A DNA stretch of 62,000 nt, from the NCBI RefSeq assembly GCF_004010195.1, contig NC_057719.1, forward strand, positions 84,797,012 to 84,859,011, written 5' to 3'. Source of the stretch: Chiloscyllium plagiosum (taxonomy: Eukaryota). Of this stretch, positions 37,805 through 51,482 are shown in pieces. The notes under the pieces were generated by a model. The model had not been told where the DNA came from, searched no databases, and saw only the letters and a list, made by a program, of their open reading frames with translations. Positions within the stretch are counted from its first letter, which is position 1; every line of letters begins with the position of its first letter. The position numbers and the translations under genes were made by a program.

Positions 37805-39189
37805 CCTGTGTAGTAGCTTAACAAAGGTTAATACTTCATTTATTAGTCTGCCTGTTGCACTGTTTGAATTAGAGTTGATTCCCTGGCTTGATGTTAATGG
37901 TAGACTGAGAGATATATTGGGCCATGAATTTACAGAATATAGTTGAATGCAATCTTTCTGCTTCTGTTGGCCACAGTACTTTGCGTATGCTCAGTTTTGA
38001 ATTTTAAGACTTGTTTGAAATCTTTACCATTTAAGCACAGGTCTAGCACTGTGGAGGATTTCTCAATGTTAATACAGGACTTCCATCGCCACAAGGATTG
38101 TACGCTATTCGATCCTGCTAATACTGTTATGGACAGGTACAAATATGATAGTTGTTGAGGATTAATTCAAGCTATTTATTCCCCTTTTGGTTCCCCCACA
38201 ACTTGTTGCAGTTTCTTCTGGCGGTTATGTCCTTTAAAACTCTGCCACCTTTGTGGCAGTGGCACTAATGAGCCACTCATGATGATCAATGTTCCCTCTA
38301 ATTATCTTTTTGGTTGAGTGGGCCTCTGACCTTCATTTATGGTTGCAACGTTTGGAACCTTGGACTGCCTGCAGCTTAGAGGAAATGTCGTTGGTAATAA
38401 ATATTTAATTCTTCGTACCACCTTCCCCTCCCCCAAAATATGGATTCTCTGCCCTTTCCAGAGTTGCTTTTTCCAATTGGGTATGATCGCAGGGTGATTA
38501 TTTTACCACATTCATGATCCAGATTCCTGGATTAATGATTCATGGATGCATTCAAATGCCACCATTCTAGCTGGGTAATTTAGATTCAATTAGTTAAGTA
38601 CATCTAGACTAAAAGCTAGCATTAGCAGCAGCAATCTTGAAACTATTTGATTGCAGAAAAAAACCTCATCTAGTTCACTAATGTAATTCAGGAAGAAATT
38701 CTGGCCTCCTTTCCTGATCAGATCTACATGTGAATCCGGGCATTCAATCGTGTGATTGATTCTTTACTGACCTCTGGAATGCTCTGGCAGTTGTCAAAAA
38801 GGTGGATTTTCACAGACAATTAATAATGGGCAATAACTTTTGGCCTCACCATTGACACCCATATCCCATGAACAATCAAATTACTGGAGGTTGGTCTTTG
38901 GAAATTTGCATGGAAAATGGGGTTAAGTTGCCAGGGTGACTATATCTGGATGCATAGCTAAGATTTTATATTGCTGCATTATTTTAACTGTCATTTGGAT
39001 TGTTGGACTGTACTACGATTTAAAGTCTTGACTAAGCTATATTTTATGGTGAGATTTTTCTTGTCTGTCCTGCTTAGGACAAGCCCTTGTAAGAGGTTTC
39101 AAAAGGGAGAGGACTGTATTTTTGTTACCTTGAATTCTCTAACTTTGGCTTGTACACACACCTCAATTTTTGTTTCGGGGGGAATATAA

Positions 39190-39400
39190 TAATGAGGGTT
39201 GTGAATCAATAATGAGGTAGTAGAGGCAGGCACGGTAGATTCATTTAAGGTGCATCTGGACAGATGCATGAGTAGGTGGAGAACAGAGCGATGCAGATCC
39301 TTAGGATTTGGGTGATAGGTTTAGTCAGTGGATTTGCATCAGCTCAGGCTTGGAGGGCATAAGGGCCTGTTCCTGGGCTGTCAATTTTCTTGGTTCTTTG
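39190..39400 (+). mobile_element. CR1 3' end fragment
   Basis: gtagaggcagg...tttaaggtgcatctggac...gggcctgttcctgggctgt. Confidence 0.65.
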
Positions 39401-39970
39401 AATCAGAATTTAGGCATTTTTTTTCTTGAAATATACAGGTGCTTAAAATAACAGAGCAAGTCTGAATTTTTATATAAGTGAGCTGTTGACTAAAGATATG
39501 ACCTTCCAGTTTTCCATGTTGTAGCCAAGGAATTTTGATATCTAACATCTTTTATCGAAGTTAACTCGCTGTTGACAGTTAAGAGTTTAATGAGTGAATC
39601 GACTGAAATCTGTTTTTTTTTTCAGTAATATTCACATTACATGTACCTTTCAATTGTACGCAGGAAGTGTTATTGCAATTGTTGAATCTTTGTACAGTTA
39701 GAAGAGAACCTGAAATCACATGACAGATTTGTGGATATGAGGTCAATGACAGCAAAAAGCAAAATTTATGGCATTCATATCTGAAACAGATTTCTAGTTC
39801 TCTCTTGCTCCCCACTTCAATATCTACCTCCTCCTCCTTCCACCTCTCTTCTCTTTTCTACCCCCCCCCCCCCATACAGACTTTAACTATTGAATTTCTT
39901 TTTTTCTGTACGTGGCCTGTTTCTTGCATTCCTTTTGAGACTGCTGAGGTCCTACACAACCTAAAGGATT

Positions 39971-40080
39971 TATTCTTGTTTGTGGTCTCTCTTTTTTTTC
40001 CCTTGCATAGCCCTTTTCCATTTGTGTATTCTTGCTTGTGGTCTCTCTTTTTTTTCCCTTGCATAGCCCTTTTCCAATTG
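39971..40080. repeat. Tandem duplication, ~56-bp unit
   Basis: tattcttg(t/c)ttgtggtctctctttt...ccttgcatagcccttttcca occurs twice. Confidence 0.9.
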
Positions 40081-41289
40081 CTGCATAGCCTTATATCCGC
40101 ACAGCCCAGGGGAAATGTTGCTCTCTATTGCCAAACTCTCCTTCGCATCTCTCCTCTCGCTTCTCAATGCTAATAATTCAGACGGCAATTCATTCATTGA
40201 ATTTTGGCAACAATATGAAAAAGTGGTGAATTGTAAATGTTTTTCTCTGAGTAGCATGAAATAAATAAATTTCAGTCTGTCTGACCTGAGTATGGTTATT
40301 AAAGATTTATGTTTTCACAAATTGATGCTGAAATAATTCGTAATAATATTAACTCTGCAGTAGAAGACTTTCTGACTTCATGAAGAGATTTGCTTAGGTT
40401 AGCCCAGCATTAATGAAAACCAGAAGCAAAAACTCTGGAATTTTCCCATTTACTTCTACCCCATTCTGCAAAACAGCCACCTTTGTGCTGCAATGACTTT
40501 GTAATTCCATTTCTAATTTACCATGTTTCAGGTGCCTTTTTAAAAAAAACAATGTATAATGTGGCTTTTCAAATCTGTATTCAAAAGAAGCATTAGAGTT
40601 ATGCCTATGTAATTATGTCCACATTAATAATGAAGCTATTTAAGTATACTTTTCCACTGTTATGGCACCATTCTTGTCAGTGGCAGTCCAACAGTGATTC
40701 CTTGAGGAACGGAGGTTATATTCACTGTTTGAGAACATTACAATGTTATAAATGTGGACAATACAATTTATAACAGAAAAGAAGTTCACCCAGTCCTCTG
40801 CTAATTGAACACTAATATGTGCTTTAGGGAGCAGAAATTCTAAGTAGTTAAAATAGGAAGGAGAAAATGAATTGAAAAGATGCAGTATAAATATATTTGG
40901 GTGGTTTGCAGATTGTGTTACTTTTGAAGGAGGAAGCCTCAAGAACTTGAGTTTTTTTTTCACCAATCTTTGAATATTGATTGAAATTGAATTTGGAAAA
41001 AAAGTCATTGGGATCTATCTACTAAGTAATTGGTATGAATATTAATAATCTGCAAGACGTGATTTTGTAATGAAGATGAGCTGTATCTAAAAATATAGTA
41101 CACTTGCTCTTCTAAAAGCTTTGTGAGGTAACTGGTAAATCTTTGGAAGCTCTTTTGAATCTTCATAAAACACATGACTATAATGCCAGATTTTGTAATT
41201 TGCAAATTTAACAATTTAATGATGCATATTTTGAGATAATGTTGTCAATGCTTTTTATGATTCAAAGAAGCTTTGCTTATATTTTCTAG

Positions 41290-41403
41290 ATATAATCTTT
41301 CCGGAAGTGACGTGCTTGACAATGTTGCATATGCTCGAGCTTTCAACACGGATCATCAGACCCAGTTGTTATATCAAGCATCTGCCATGATGACAGAATC
41401 CAG
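41290..41403 (+). CDS. RAD51: RAD51 coding exon (exon 7 equivalent): (R)[37 protein letters not shown](R)
   Basis: ttctAG acceptor, GTactg donor, 114 nt; phase is consistent with neighbouring exons. Confidence 0.98.
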
Positions 41404-41727
41404 GTACTGATTTGTTTAGTGAGTGTTTATAGTAGGATTGATCAAACTTTAAACTACCATTAGAATTCACTTCATAATTTCAGTTTGTTTTTATGACTCC
41501 ACAGTAATCTTGACCTAACTGTATAAAAGTAGCTGTTGTGCAAGTGCACATGGAGAATCGCATTTTATTAGGAAAAGGTGGGAATATTAAAATATTCAAT
41601 TCATGGATCAGACATTTAAATCTCTGCAAAAAAAACTATTCTTTTTTTTATGCTTAGTCAGCTCAAAGCTTAATTGCCTCCATCAAATTAAATGTGCTTA
41701 TGGTTATATAGGATACTTGGTACGGTA

Positions 41728-41939
41728 TCTTTGAGGAGAAAGTGAGGTCTGCAGATGCTGGAGATCAGAGCTGGAAATGTGTTGCTGGAAAAGCGCAGCA
41801 GGTCAGGCAGCATCCAGGGAACAGGAGAATCGACGTTTCGGGCACAAGCCCTGAAGAAGGGCTTGTGCCCGAAACGTCGATTCTCCTGTTCCCTGGATGC
41901 TGCCTGACCTGCTGCGCTTTTCCAGCAACACATTTCCAG
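41728..41939. mobile_element. Young, perfectly palindromic Penelope-like element (family A)
   Basis: 82-bp perfect arms 41771-41852 / 41858-41939; 14-bp TSD TACTTGGTACGGTA (41714-41727, 41940-41953). Confidence 0.93.
41851..41878 (+). ncRNA. Minimal hammerhead core (family A)
   Basis: CUGAAGA-A-GGGC-UUGU-GCCC-GAAA-CGUC with palindromic ACGU stem III; the immediate 5' stem I strand is replaced by the inverted arm. Confidence 0.6.
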
Positions 41940-42974
41940 TACTTGGTACGGTAGCAGACCATTCAATCCATGTAGGTGTAGGTGTTTATCCTCCATTTAA
42001 TCTCCTCCCATCTTTTCCAATTTAAATCTGCCATCACAACTGTTCCTTCTCATTCAAATGCTTGTCTTAAGTAATCTATAAATAATCTATAATATTTTCT
42101 TCAAACAAGCACTGTGGTAGCAAGTTACAGATTCTGAATTTCTTGGTGGTTTATTTTGTATTTTGCTCTCTCTCACAGATGTAACATTTTCTGTGTCCAT
42201 TCTCTCAAAATCTTTCATGATTTTAAAGACCTGGTAGACCATTCCTTAACCTTTTCCCAAGAACAGATTCTCAGTTTGCCATTTTTTTTTAATGCACATG
42301 CAGTTCTACTATTGTCCTTGTAAATTTTCTCTGCACCTTCTCCAGTGTGTTTCTGTCCATTTCATATGGTAAGCAGAGCTATAAGCAGTGCTTGTGTAAA
42401 CTAACCAAGGTTGTTCAGCATATCTTCCCTGTTTTCCAACTCTATCCCTTTTTCTATGGCCTTGCTACCCTTTGGCCCAATTTGTAGTGATTGATGTATT
42501 TGTTTTCAGAGACCCCTTTGTTCCTTTATCATACTTAGACTTGTATCTTTTGAGTAATGTGACTTCCCTACTCTCTAACAAAATGTATTATAATGCATTA
42601 TTCTATGTTGAACATAATTTGCCAATTATTAGCCTAATCTGCAAGCTTACTAATATGATCCTATAATATTTGCACTCCGCAACATCGATTATTCCATAAG
42701 TTGATGTCATCCACAAATGTAGCATTTATGATTTTAGTTCTAAAGTCCAAAATTTAAATATAAGTTGTGAACGTGGTCCTTGTGGAATGCTCTTTCCCAA
42801 CATATGCTACTCTGGCTAACTACCCTTTATTCTCACTGTCTACTTTGTCTTTGGAGCCAACTAACCATCTATTTGGCCACTGTCCTCTACCTCTACATTA
42901 GTCTCTAACATGGCACTTCATTAAAAGGCTTTTACAAGATCCATTTAATTAACCTCATCTATATTCCTCTTGTA

Positions 42975-45540
42975 CCTAAGACAGTAAGAATTAGAAAAAG
43001 GAGTAGGCTGTTTCGTCCTTCGAACCTACTCCACCATTCGCTGAGATCATGGCTTGTCCAATATTTCTCGCAAATCACTTTCCTGCTCTTCCCCAATAAC
43101 CCTTAATTCCCCTACAGATCAAGTATCTGTCAATTTCAGCCTTAAATATACACAAGAACTCTACCCCCCCCCCTCCCCCCCCCCCCCCCCCAGTTCTTCA
43201 TGGCAAGGAGTTGCAAAGATGCTCAAACTTCTGAGAAGAAAATTTTCCCCATCTCAGTCTTAAATCGGTACCCCTTAATTCTGCTCCTCTGCTCCTAGAC
43301 ACTCCCATGACAGGAAACCTTATTGGAGCATGTACTGTCAAGCTGCTTAAGAATCCTGTATGTTTCAATGAGGTAATCTTCCTTCTTCTAAACTCCAATG
43401 AGTAGAGTTCCATCCTGTTTAGCCATTGTTTGTAAGGTGGTTCCATCGTACTAGAGATTATCCTCGTGAAATTTCTCTGAGCTGCCTGCAGTGAAATGAT
43501 ATCTTTCCTTAAATAAAGGGATCAAAACTGCTCGCGGTAATCCAGATACTGTCTCACAAGCTCCTTGAACAATTGCAGAAAGCTCCCCTACTTCAATTAT
43601 TCACAATTTACATAGATGATTTGGAATTGGGATCTATACGTAGTGTGTCAAAGTTTGCAGATGACACTAGGATGATTGGCAGAGCAAAATGTGCAGGGGA
43701 CTGTGAAACTTTGCAGAGGAACACAGATACTTTGAGTGGGCAAAGTCCTGCAGCTGGAATAAAATGTTCATAAATGTGAGGTCATCATTTTGGTCGGAAT
43801 AACAGTAAAAAGGACTATTACTTGAATAATAAAAAGTTGCAGCATGCTGCTATGCAGAAGGACCTGGGTGACCTTGTGTATGAATCACTGAAGGTTTTTC
43901 TGCTGTTGCAACAGGGAATTAGGAAGGCAAATCAAATTTTGTCCTTCATCGCTAAAGGGATTGAGTTTAAAAGCAGGGAGGTCTTCTTGCAGTTGTATAA
44001 GGTGCTGGTGAGGCCACTCCTGGTGTACTGCAGGTCTCCTTACTTGAGAAATGATGTACTGGCAGGAGAGGGGATGCAGTGGAGGTTCACTAGATTGATT
44101 CCGGATTTAAAATGGTTGGCTTATGCAGAGAGACGGAGTAGACTGTGATTATATTAATTGGAATTTAGAAGAATGAGGGGGAATCTTATAGAAACATATA
44201 AAATTATGAAAGGAATAGATAAGATAAAAGTAGAGAGGATGTTCCCACTGTCAGGTGAAACTAGGGCAAGAGGGCATAGCCTCAAATTTAGGGGGAGCAG
44301 ATTTAGAACTGAATTGAGAGGGAATTTCTTCACCCCGAGGGTTGAGTATCTATGAAATTCCCTGCCCAGTATAGTAGTTGAAGCTACTTCAGTAAATGTT
44401 TTTAAGGCTAAGATAGTGTTTTTTGACAATAAAGGAATGAAGGATTCCAATGAGAGGGCGGGTAAGTGGAGTTGAGGCCATGAAAAGATCAGCCATGATC
44501 TTATTGAATGGCAGAACAGGCTCAAAGGGCCAGATGGCTTACCCCTGCTCCGAGTTCTTATGTTCTATTTCACAATGCCCTTGAAATAATGGCGAACATC
44601 CCATTAGCCTTCCTGATTAACTACTGCATCCATGTGCTAGCTTTGTGTTTTGTGCACAAGTATCTCCCCCAATCTCTTTGTGTTGCAGTTGTATTCAGTT
44701 TTTCTCCATTTAAATGATATTCTGTTCTTTTGTTTTTCCCTTCCAAAATGAGCAGCTTCACATTTTCCCACATTATACTCCAGTTGCCAAGCTTTTGTTC
44801 CCTTACTTAACCTGTCAATTTTTCTCTGTAAACTGTTTGTATTCCTCTGGAAAACTGCCTTTCCACTTATCTTAGTGTCACTTGTAAATTTGGCTGCAGT
44901 ATATTCATTTCTTTCCTCCAAGTCACTAATATATATTGTAAACAGCTAAGGTCCCAGCTCTGATCCCTGTGTAACCTCAATAGCTACAGGTTGCCAACCT
45001 CAAAATAACCCCTATCCCCACTCACTGTTCCCTGCCTAAGAGCCAATTCTCTATCCAAATCAATATACTCCCTTAAATACCATGGGTTCTTATCTTAGGA
45101 CTTAACTTATCATACGGTTTCTGGAATTCTTAACACAACACAACCACTGGTTCTCTTCTATCCACTCCAGGTCAGACTTCTCAAATAAATTAGTCAGATG
45201 CAATTTCCTTTTTATGAAGCCATGCTGACTCTGCTTGACGAGGTTATGATTTTCCAAATGTTCTGCTATTACTTCTTAATAATAGATTCCAATACTTTTC
45301 CAAAAATAGATGTTGGGCTAATTGGCGTAGTTACTTCTTTTTTGATTAGAGGTGTCATATTGGCAGTTTTCCAATCCTCTGGTACTTCCCCATAATGCAA
45401 GGAATTTTAGTAAATTACAAACTATTTCTACTTTATACACAATCTCTACTTTTAGGATCTTTTAGGATGCAAGCTATCAGGGTAAGGGAACTCATCTACC
45501 TTCAACCTCATTAGTTTGTTTAATACTACTTTTCTAGTGA
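42975..45540 (-). mobile_element. CR1 LINE (minus strand) split by a plus-strand CR1 insertion
   Basis: LYSLEFRR at ~43390 and KFTSDTKISGK..NVGKCE at 44640-44920 are collinear pieces either side of 43575-44565. Confidence 0.7.
43575..44565 (+). mobile_element. CR1 3' fragment (distinct subfamily)
   Basis: LFTIYIDDL..KFADDT, LYKVLVRPLL and RRMRGNLIETYKIMKG motifs; tail ttcttatgttct. Confidence 0.9.
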
Positions 45541-45546
45541 TGATGT

Positions 45547-45950
45547 GGAGCTGCGGGTGTTGGACTGGGGTGGACAAAGTCTCACAAAATCAGGTTATAG
45601 CTCACAGGTTTATTTGAAATCACAAGCTTTCGAAGCGCTGCTCCTTCGTCGGGTGAAGTGGTGGGAAGTGCACAGGCACACAATTTATATATGCAGAGCA
45701 ATAGTGGCAAGATAATTCCAGAGTGTCAAAAAATAAGTACAGACAGCGTGAGTGGAATGTTGACAGTCTTTGCAGGTGATGAAAAGTGTCAAACAGGGTG
45801 AGTAAAGTATCAACTGCAAGGGATGACCTATGAACCTTTTAATAAAGTTGAGAGATAATTGCAAAGAAATCAAAAGTAAAATAGTGCTAGAGACAAACCA
45901 ACTGGCTAGAATACCCTGATAGGTATAACAGTTGTACGATGATTGAAGGA
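45547..45950 (-). mobile_element. Penelope-like family B terminal repeat plus body
   Basis: caggttatag...caagctttcgaagcgctgctccttcgtcgggtg, a decayed minus-strand hammerhead. Confidence 0.65.
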
Positions 45951-46155
45951 TAAAATCACAAAATGAAGCCTCAAAATAATTCAATACCGTGCTCTCTTAC
46001 TCAAGGGATGAATTAATTTTTGGACTAATTTTGTGACAAGATAGTGGAGGGATAAATCGTGCAATCAATATGTAGTTGAATGAAAGAATGCTCAATATGA
46101 ATTTTGATGGAGACTAATAGCTTTTCCTCAAGTACTTCTGTCCTCACACTATTGA

Positions 46156-46443
<288 letters not shown>

Positions 46444-47069
46444 TGATAGAGGAGACTTGTAAGAAATATCTGAGGTAACATAAGACAAGATAAATACAGA
46501 ATAATATTATTTTGATTTGGGAGTCAATTAAGAAGATTGCTAACATTTTGTGTTGTGGTAACTTGTGGGAATCGGATGTTCTTAATAAGTGGGATCTAAA
46601 TACTCAAAAAAAAATTTAGCTTTCAAAATGCTTACTGTCCACCTTATTATCAAATTTTCTTTGTTTGTATATCAAATAGTTAGGGACAAACATCCAGTAG
46701 TGTTGTCTAGAGAGATAAACATTCATAGCACAGCTGGGCTGTTTGATCAATCTTGTATGCCTGGAGCTCATTCGTAAGCCAATGTAACTAATCCTGTGGT
46801 CTAACTGTACCCTTGTGTTTTCCAATGTTTTGCACACTTCTCCACTTCCATGTGATATAATCTTTTCCTCACTAAACCCTGTGGTAAAGAATTACATGTC
46901 TGAACAGCTCCCTATAACTTGCTCTTCTGTTTACTTTGACAGTTGATTTTCATCACTGACTTCCGGTCCAATGCATATTTTGTCTTTATTAAGTCATCCT
47001 ATTTTCTTCTTGAAATAGAGGACTATTATTAGGATGTACACAAGGAAATTTGTTGCTAAAATTGCAAAA

Positions 47070-47295
47070 CGCTAATTATGGTTTGTATTGAAACACAATA
47101 TGTTGAAATTCCTCATCAGATCAGCCAGCACCTATGATGAAAGAAATAGAGTTAATGATTCTGCTCAAATTCTTTTCTGAACTGGTTCTCGCGTTTCAAC
47201 TTAACATTAACTGTATTTCTTTCTTTACAGTTGTTACCTCATCCGCTTAGAGTTTCCAGCATTTTCTATTTTCATTTCAGATTTTTCACAGCATT
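47070..47295. mobile_element. Highly decayed palindromic PLE-like repeat
   Basis: gaaatagagttaatg / cattaactgtatttc inverted remnants; tttccagcattttct. Confidence 0.45.
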
Positions 47296-47828
47296 TTGCA
47301 CTTGCATTCATTTATATTTTTTATTTTATTTCTCACCAGCATTTTGCATTTATTTATATTTTTTATTTTATTTGTATATATTTGATCAAAAACCCTGAAA
47401 CTTAACGTGCGCTTGAATGTAGAGTTTTGCAATACAGCTTCATGTTACGTGCTTTGTAGAGATTGTCACAACACTGCAAGTGTGTTTCCTCTGAAAGTTG
47501 AATATGCCTGTTTTCCAGCACTTCAGGTGCATTCAGTCAGTGGGTCAGTTTTGTAATACATTTGCAGTGTCTGAATCAGTTGTCACTTTATTGGTTCTTA
47601 CTGATACTGGGTCTATTCCATAGGATTTTGCAACTTTGTATTATTAGCTTTTCTGGCAAAGCCCTTGTTTACATTGGCTTTCTGAAATGTAAATTTCTCC
47701 ATTGTGTGTAGGAAGTGGATCCAAAAGGGACAGGGAAACTGAAAGAGAAGAATTGAGATTTCTGTAATGTATTGAAATTGGAGGAGTGTCCATCACATCC
47801 TAACATCTTGCACTTATTTTTCTTCTAG

Positions 47829-47951
<123 letters not shown>

Positions 47952-50611
47952 TAAGATGGTAATCATACAGGACAAAAATTTTGTTCTCTTTTGTGTATCC
48001 TGGGTAGATGGACAAACAAATGTAATTGAGCAAAGCTGAGTGATAGAAGTTGGTTGTTCGCCTGTTTAACAGTTGAAGTTTCACAAATTTCTAGATAACG
48101 TTTAACCATCTGATTTCAAGTTTGCTTTGCACTGTTTGTAACTGGAGTGCAATCTACAAAGTCCAAATGGTTTGAGACTGTTACCTTGTACTTTAAATTG
48201 TTAGTTTCAATTACTTGAGAATAATTTAACAATCTTTTCCAACTGTGACCCCTCCATAGTTGTAAGCTTAACTGTCTTAGTGCCATGTAATTTAATGGAT
48301 GACAGTCACAATTTGATACTGTATCAACGTGAGCATTTTTCATGCTGGAGGCTGTCATTGAGTATATTCAAGGCTGAGATAAAGAGATTTTTTTAACAAC
48401 AGGGTAATTGAGTGTTATGGGAATAGGTGTGATAATTGGGTTGTGGCTAGGAGCAGATCAATCCTATTGGAGGAGCAGCTTTGAGTGACCATTTGGCATT
48501 TTATTTTGTACTTGCGTTCATACATGAGCCTTGATGCCATACATAGATAATTTATTCATCAAAAAGATTATACATCATCAATTGTTTTATAATTGCTGGA
48601 TATTAGTTGAGCTGGGGACTTGAGGAATTCCTATTAAAAAATGTTTTATCAGACTGTAGAACCTGTCTCCATAGAATATGGAAGGCTAATAGCAAAAAGT
48701 AAATTATATATCTTATTTTGTAATATAGTTGGAATTACAGAAGTAGATCTGACAGATCATGCACAGGTTTGAAAACACTGGTTATGTTTGACTTGACCTG
48801 CATTGTCATGGCTGAATATGACTAGTCTAAGGAACACACCTAAATGACAAGGTGGTATTGAACTCAAGCAAATTCTCTGCAAATGCATGTGAGGTATTTC
48901 ATGATGAGGTGAAAAAAAATTGTTTACAGAAATAGAACATATACTAAAATTTGTTGGACTCCCTAGTGCTATCCGCTATTCCTGTAACTAGCTAAGAAAC
49001 AGTACAAGTCACGTTGTTTGCAACCTGCTGCTTTTATTGTTTTGAAATGCTTATTGTCCACTTTTTAAAGAAACCTAGCCTGTGATTAGCTGTACATGCT
49101 AATTTTATTGCTTCTTTCTTTCTTCTGCTTCTTTCTCTCCTCCATTCCTTATGCTGCTTTAAATGCAATAGAAATACAAAATCCTTCATGAATGTTAAAT
49201 GTTTTCTCGATCCGATAACCAACTGGAATTGTGACAGATGCATTTTTTATCATATCACCTCTTTATTACTTGTATTTACTTTCTTGCGGGAGTTTGGCTG
49301 AAATGTATTTTAGTCCTCTTAGTTTTTAAAATAATTCTTTTGGGAAATGCAATATGGTAACCACATTAGAGTAATTTAACCTTTGCTCCAGCTATTTAAT
49401 TGCCAATCTGAAACTAATTACCCTGAGTGTACCATACAAAGTTATTATTGAACTGTCACATTTTCTGCAATGAAGTGAGATTCCCAGTGAAAATTCAGCT
49501 GTGTTTAGAACAGCAATTTGTGATGTACTATGAAGAACAATTAGCTTATTGCTACTTCACAATACCTTGTAATTTGAACCTGCTATGTGAAACTGTTTTA
49601 AATGTCATGTTTTAGTAAATAGAGTACTGTATTTGTTATGGAATGCAAATAAGGATCATGTGACACCCAGTTATGTTCTGTTGATCCTTTAAACTCTTCT
49701 TTCCCTTCCGTTTTCAAATCCTTGATGTCACTGAGGCTTTCCTATGTGCCACCTATTACCCTTGATAGAACACCTTTGCTGGTGACTCAAGTTTCTTGCT
49801 CATACCAAATCAGCTACTGTCTCTTTCTGATTGACAATATCAATCAGATGGCACAGGATTGTTTTCATATGTACTAATAATACCCAGTCCTGCTGCTCCA
49901 TTCCTTCCCCTTGACTGCATCCATGATGTTAGACTAATACCTAAATTATTTGATGAATCACAGCTTCCTCCAACTAAACATTAGGAAATCTGAATTAATT
50001 GACTTTGTCACATGTAATGAAGTGTCTGCTGAAGGCCTGATACTACGCTGGAGAAAATACGAAGATTCAATCATTATTGCTTTGTGACTGGCAATACTTA
50101 TTTCCTGACTCCCATCAGATTAAGCCAGACCATGTAAAGTTGAAACTTTGAACTGAACTTCAAGCCCTATATCCACTTCATTACAAAGACTGCTTATTTC
50201 CAAATCTGCAGTAAATGTTTCCTTCCACTCATCAAAACCCATCCACCAACCAGATGCTTACTCATACTCTCTGGACTGACTCTCCTTTTCTAATATCTCT
50301 TTGCTGGCTCTTATCCTCCTACCCTTTGTAAATTCCAGAAGTTCTGAAAGGATATTGTCTGGAATGTAACCTGCACAACTCAGCTCAACTTTAGACTGTC
50401 CATCGGCCTACATTGCATCCCATTCCCTCAAGCAACATTTCAATTTCTTCTCCAAGTTTCTGGCCCTAATTGTACAACTTCCTTTAGTTTTATAACTTTG
50501 ATTGATCCTCTTAGTCCTCTAACTTTGCTATTTTTCTAGTCCCTTTTGCCACATTATTGATGAAAAGGCTATCAGTTGCCTTTGACTGTTCTCTGGAGGA
50601 AGTGTCTTCTG

Positions 50612-50726
50612 ACACAGACATACACACAGACACACACACACAGACACACACACACAGACACACACACACAGACACACACACACAGACACACACACACGTA
50701 CATGCGCGCATGCGTGCGCACACACA
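50612..50726. repeat. Compound (CA)n/(GACA) microsatellite
   Basis: Directly visible. Confidence 0.95.
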
Positions 50727-51314
50727 TCCCTTGAGCCTTTTCTATACTAAAGGCAATGTACCTGGGGATTTTGAATTCCCTTAAGATACTGAAATCTGAC
50801 GTTAAAAAAAATCAGTTTCACTGCTTCACCATCCAATTTGAGGACTTCTATTTTTTTTCAGCCAGATTCTTCTCTCCTTCCACCTTTTAACCATTCACTT
50901 TCTTTCTGGAATGAGCTTTTTTGTCATAATCACTATTTCAATAATGATTGAATGTTGAGGTGTTGACTGATCAGCCTACCGTGGAAGTTGACTCTGTCCT
51001 CAAGCAAAATCCAGTTGTGAATTTCCAGTAGAGATTTCTTGATGATGATGGGCAGCAGTTTTAGCTGATCGTTTTCCCCAAATCTACATGAGTGAGTCCA
51101 GTTGTAGCTGTTTCTCTGAGAACCAATGCAACATTTGTCAGAAATTGAACAATTATGGCTCAGCTGCTGAAAGAATTAACTAATTGAGCTGTAAGGGAAG
51201 GCTTTTAAGCTGCTTTCCTGAAGTACTAAGAACATTTTAGTGGGGAATGCAATATGGCAATAAGGCATTTCCAATTTACTTATAAGTGACAAAAAACATA
51301 GTTATGAGATCTGA

Positions 51315-51482
<168 letters not shown>

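Larger units (their letters stand above)
34690..38300 (-). mobile_element. Old CR1-like LINE, fragmented by younger CR1 (35521-36395) and PLE (37385-37804) insertions
   Basis: Minus-strand IALEIKMPFDQVWQQG and KQMEGVVNSITKW RT remnants; tail near 34690-34760. Confidence 0.6.

Noticed and set aside
39213..39223. TGAGGTAGTAG, matching the let-7 5' end
   Set aside because: Only 11 nt, no hairpin, and it lies within a CR1 3' fragment (gaggtggtggaggc-like).
41728..41939. Palindromes as DNA-transposon MITEs or miRNA genes
   Set aside because: The arms are asymmetric relative to the insert ends, TSD lengths vary and hammerhead cores are present, which fits retro-type PLE insertions.
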